Positions 8,554-11,810 of a DNA stretch of 11,810 nucleotides are shown in pieces; position 1 is the stretch's first letter, and each line of letters starts with the position of its first letter. The notes below the pieces were generated by a model. That model searched no databases, had not been told where the DNA came from, and worked only from the letters and a program-made list of their open reading frames with translations. Source of the stretch: Vitrella brassicaformis CCMP3155 (Eukaryota > Protista > Chromerida); the NCBI GenBank assembly GCA_001179505.1, contig CDMY01000905.1, positions 1 through 11,810 on the forward strand, in the 5' to 3' direction. A program made the translations under genes and the position numbers.

Positions 8554-9421
8554 CTACATCATCACCCGATTGAGGATCCAAGTCTAGTGATCGCTCTTGT
8601 AGTCAAAGTCTTGCACCACCAGGGCATTGTTGGTACCATTGGCGCCTTTCACGTTCACGTTGAGGCATTCATCTAAGACACACAAAGTAGAACAGCCAAC
8701 AAACAACAGCGGCATACATAATTGAATGAGATACATGCATGTGCCGTAAATGTTTTTTAGCAAACCACTATGGAAAACCCGCATGAGGTAGCCGTCATTA
8801 TTTTCTGCATTTACACATGTTTACATTGATTGATGCATATTCCTTCTTTATAATCCATACCTTCGAATTGCCAGTCATAATTGACCCCGCTGCACGTCTC
8901 CCCCTGCAGGCCAATCGCTCCCTCGATAATGATGGCCAGGTAAAAGCGAGTTCTGCAGGCCAATCGCTCCTTTGATAATAATGGCCAGGCAAAAACGGGT
9001 CCCGATCTGCGGGGTTTGCACAACTCTGAGTCTGTAGAAGCCATTGTCTTACTTTTCGATCTCCCATTGTGCTTCGTCCTTTTTACAGTTGAGGCTTTGC
9101 CAAGCAGGAGCTGCATTGTTTTTCTTGCAGGTTAACACACACACAGACACATATCTGCAATATGTAAGTATAGCCCTGCCAACACAGTCCCCTTCCTACT
9201 TACCCTCCTAGTCGGAGGGGCGATACGGACAAGTACTAATTGCTGTGCGCAGCATGCAACGTGTAGGTGCCCGGGTCGATGTCAGCGATGTTGTCCCCGC
9301 TGCAGATAGCGAAGTCATAGGCCTCTTGACACGTTTCGTCTATTCCATAGCTGAGACAGCACTGAGCGGCCGCCGTGGCCACAATGGCAAGAAGCGAGGC
9401 AACAAGGCACAGCGACTTCAC
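8554..9421 (-). pseudogene. Disrupted secreted ricin-B (beta-trefoil, QxW-type) lectin gene
   Basis: Signal peptide (GTG)KSLCLVASLLAIVATAAAQ, then three ~48-aa repeats: GTYTLHAAHSN*YLSVS...NCKKDEAQW; DNGFYRLRVV...FYLAII...TCSGVNYDWQF; NDGYLMRVFHSDECLNV...ANGTNNALVVQD...DH*TW. Introns: 9203-9155 (or 9125), 8860-8805, 8765-8673. Lesions: GTG start, TAG 9238-9236, TAA 9051-9049, 49-nt duplication 9000-8903, TAG 8586-8584. Confidence 0.78.
8903..9000. repeat. 49-nt-period tandem duplication inside the lectin coding exon
   Basis: The copies encode TRFCLAIIIKGAIGLQ and TRFYLAIIIEGAIGLQ and differ at 6 of 48 nt. Confidence 0.95.
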
Positions 9422-9942
9422 GGTGGTAGATCAATAGATGTACAAAGCTCGGGCAAGGGGAGAGCGAGCAGGGAAAAAGAAGCCGAGAAGCCATTGGGCG
9501 CAGCTTTTGTGTGTAGAGAAGCCGGACGCACTTTTTGCGTGTGCGTCCGTATGGCGTTTGGTTAACGGCGCTTGTAAATGTGGGCTCTCAGGGATGCATA
9601 TATCACGTATTTCGCTGCTATTGGTTTGCCATAAAGCAATGGTAGCTGGCGGCCACCATTTCCTCATCCTCGCCCCCCGTCTGCAAAGCTCCGAAGTCCA
9701 GAGCCAAGTCGAAGTACTCAAGACCGGCAGAGAGGCCGTCTAACCGTCTTCCTTCCAGAGACAAGTTGCGGACTCTGTCGGTGCCTGCCACCCGGTAGCG
9801 GCTGCATTCGTAAGGTGTACACTGAGACACGTACCAGCTGGTCCATACCAGCTCTCCATGTGTCGTTTATTGTCAGCGTTACGTCTTTGCCGAAGCTCAT
9901 TTGCATCGCTCGCTGTACTTGGAGGCCGCTTGTATTGTATAT

Positions 9943-10014
9943 ACAAGCAATGTAAGTTGAACCCTGATAACTTGCTTAAAAGCTCGCTATAAAGGTTCAA
10001 CTTACATTGCTTGT
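9943..10014. repeat. 72-nt fold-back: perfect 21-bp inverted repeat with a partly self-complementary 30-nt spacer
   Basis: acaagcaatgtaagttgaacc (9943-9963) is the exact reverse complement of ggttcaacttacattgcttgt (9994-10014). Confidence 0.95.
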
Positions 10015-10085
10015 GGTGGGGTTAAGGGTTTTGATGGACAGGATGAGAATGAGTGAGCAGTGGGTGGACAACGACGGTGATAAGT

Positions 10086-10155
10086 GTGGGGTTTGATTGA
10101 GTAATGCATTAATGAGTGAGGTGGGGCTCGATTGAGTAATGCGTCAACGAGTGAG
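10086..10155 (+). repeat. 35-bp tandem duplication (30/35 identical), with a partial third copy near 10176-10195
   Basis: gtggggtttgattgagtaatgcattaatgagtgag versus gtggggctcgattgagtaatgcgtcaacgagtgag. Confidence 0.85.
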
Positions 10156-10310
10156 ATAGAGGTAATCTTCCAAGGGTAAGGTTTGACCGAGTAATTAATT
10201 ACACAGAACAATAACTTTATTCAATACTTATAATTCACTTTGTTCCTTTTAAATAAATGGAACACATATATATAGAGGGAGAAAATGATAAGCGATATTG
10301 AAGCAGACAA

Positions 10311-11810
10311 TATGATGAACGTCCCTGTACGCATACCTGCGCATGCACGTTTGAACTTGCGTGTGTGAATATGATAAATGTCTCTGTGCGCACACCAGGC
10401 GTACGCACACCTGCGCATGCACGCTTGGGCTTGAAGTGTGTGAATATGACCCGGTGCGCACACCTGCGCATGCACGTTTGTACTTGGAGTGTGTGAATAT
10501 GATGAACGTCCCTGTGCGCATACCTGCGCATGCACGTTTGAACTTGCGTGTGTGAATATGACAAATGTCTCTCTGCGCACACGAGGCGTACGCACACCTG
10601 CGCATGCACGCTTGGACTTGAAGTGTGTGAATATGACCCAGTGCGCACACCTGCGCATGCACGTTTGGACGTAGAGTGTGTGTATACCATGAATGTCTGT
10701 GTGCGCACACCTGTACATACACGTTTGGACTTGGAGTGTGTTTATATGATGAATGTCTCGGTACGCACACCTGCGCATGCACGTTTGAATGTCTCTGTGC
10801 GCGCACCTGCGCATGCACGTGTGGACTTGGAGTGTGTGTATATGATGAATATCTCTGTGCGCACACCTGTGCATACACGTTTGGACTTGGAGTGTGTGTA
10901 TATGATGAATATCTTTGTGCGCACACCTGCGCACGCACGACCTGCGCATGCACGTTTGGACTTGGAGTGTGTATATATGATGAATGTCTGTGTGCGCACA
11001 CCTGCGCATACACGTGTGGACTTGGAGTGTGTGTATACCATGAATGTCTCTTTACGCACACCTGCGCATGCACGTGTTGGCTTGGAGTGTGTGTATATGA
11101 TGAATGTCTATGTGCGCACACCTGTGCATACACGTTTGGACTTGGAGTGTGTGTATATGATGAACGTCCCTGTGCGCACACCTTGGAGTGTGTGTATATG
11201 ATGAATATCTCTGTGCACACACCTGCGCATGCACGTTTGGACTTGGAGTGTGTGTATATGATGAATGTCTGTCTGCGCACACCTGCGCATACACGTGTGG
11301 ACTTGGAGTGTGTGTACATGATGAATGTCTCTTTACACACACCTGCGCACGCACGTGTTTGCTTGGAGTGTGTGCATATGATGAATGTCTATGTGCGCAC
11401 ACCTGTGCATACACGTTTGGACTTGGAGTGTGTGTATATGATGAATGTCTCGGTACGCAGGTGTGGTGTATATGATGAATGTCTCGATACGCACACCTGC
11501 GCATGCACGCTTGGACTTGAAGTGTGTGAATATGACCCAGTGCGCACACCTGCGCATGCACGTTTGGACTTGGAGTGTGTGTATATAATGAATGTCCTTA
11601 TCCGCACACCTGGGCAGGCACGTTTGAACTTGCGTGCGTGACTAGGATGAACGTCCCTGTGCACACACCTGCGCATGCACGTTTGGACTTGGTGTGTGTT
11701 TATATGATGAATGTCTCGGTACGCACACCTGCGCATGCACGCTTGGACTTGAAGTCTGTGAATATGACCCAGTGCGCACACCTGCGCATGCACGTTTGGA
11801 CTTGGAGTGT
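10311..11810 (+). repeat. Satellite array, same ~60-bp family, ~25 units; runs off the window end
   Basis: Same consensus and orientation as 1-2750. Carries its own variants (cttgaagtgtgtgaatatgaccc, gtttgaacttgcgtg). Confidence 0.97.

Noticed and set aside
8455-8556. Hydrophobic C-terminal extension of the lectin (VCIALGLLSLLRRLLVCLSI-TGA) if TAR were read as Gln
   Set aside because: It depends on an unproven code change, and T-rich UTRs readily translate as hydrophobic residues.
10015-10040. ggggttaagggtttt as an interstitial telomere repeat
   Set aside because: No two consecutive perfect TTAGGG or TTTAGGG units.
10221-11810. Overlapping 130-363 aa ORFs in the right array
   Set aside because: Same satellite artefact as in the left array.
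1-11810. CRISPR array interpretation of the periodic repeats
   Set aside because: Units are head-to-tail with no unique spacers, are highly degenerate, have no cas genes nearby, and the context is eukaryotic.

Overview
Eukaryotic, intron-rich DNA. Short 50-95 nt GT-AG introns with (CTGT)n/(GT)n tracts resemble a chromerid-type alveolate such as Vitrella; this is inferred from sequence style only and is unverified. Two large arrays of one ~60-bp satellite (1-~2750 and ~10311-11810) flank a ~7.5-kb island that holds a third, more degenerate ~8-unit array (~7265-7725). All three arrays have the same orientation. I reconstructed three minus-strand spliced genes in the island by hand. (A) An apparently intact 7-exon gene (3326-4447) encodes a ~211-215 aa protein with a signal-peptide-like N-terminus and a C-terminal Peptidase S74 / intramolecular-chaperone autocleavage (ICA) domain (SDERSK...HIGVLAQELQRVLPEAV...VVQELQRRVHALE), the module of phage tailspikes and MYRF. 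(B) A multiply disrupted 2OG-Fe(II) oxygenase gene (5037-~6657). (C) A multiply disrupted secreted ricin-B (beta-trefoil) lectin gene (8554-9421). A 72-nt fold-back with perfect 21-bp arms lies at 9943-10014. Nearly all long ORFs in the supplied track are satellite or antisense artefacts.
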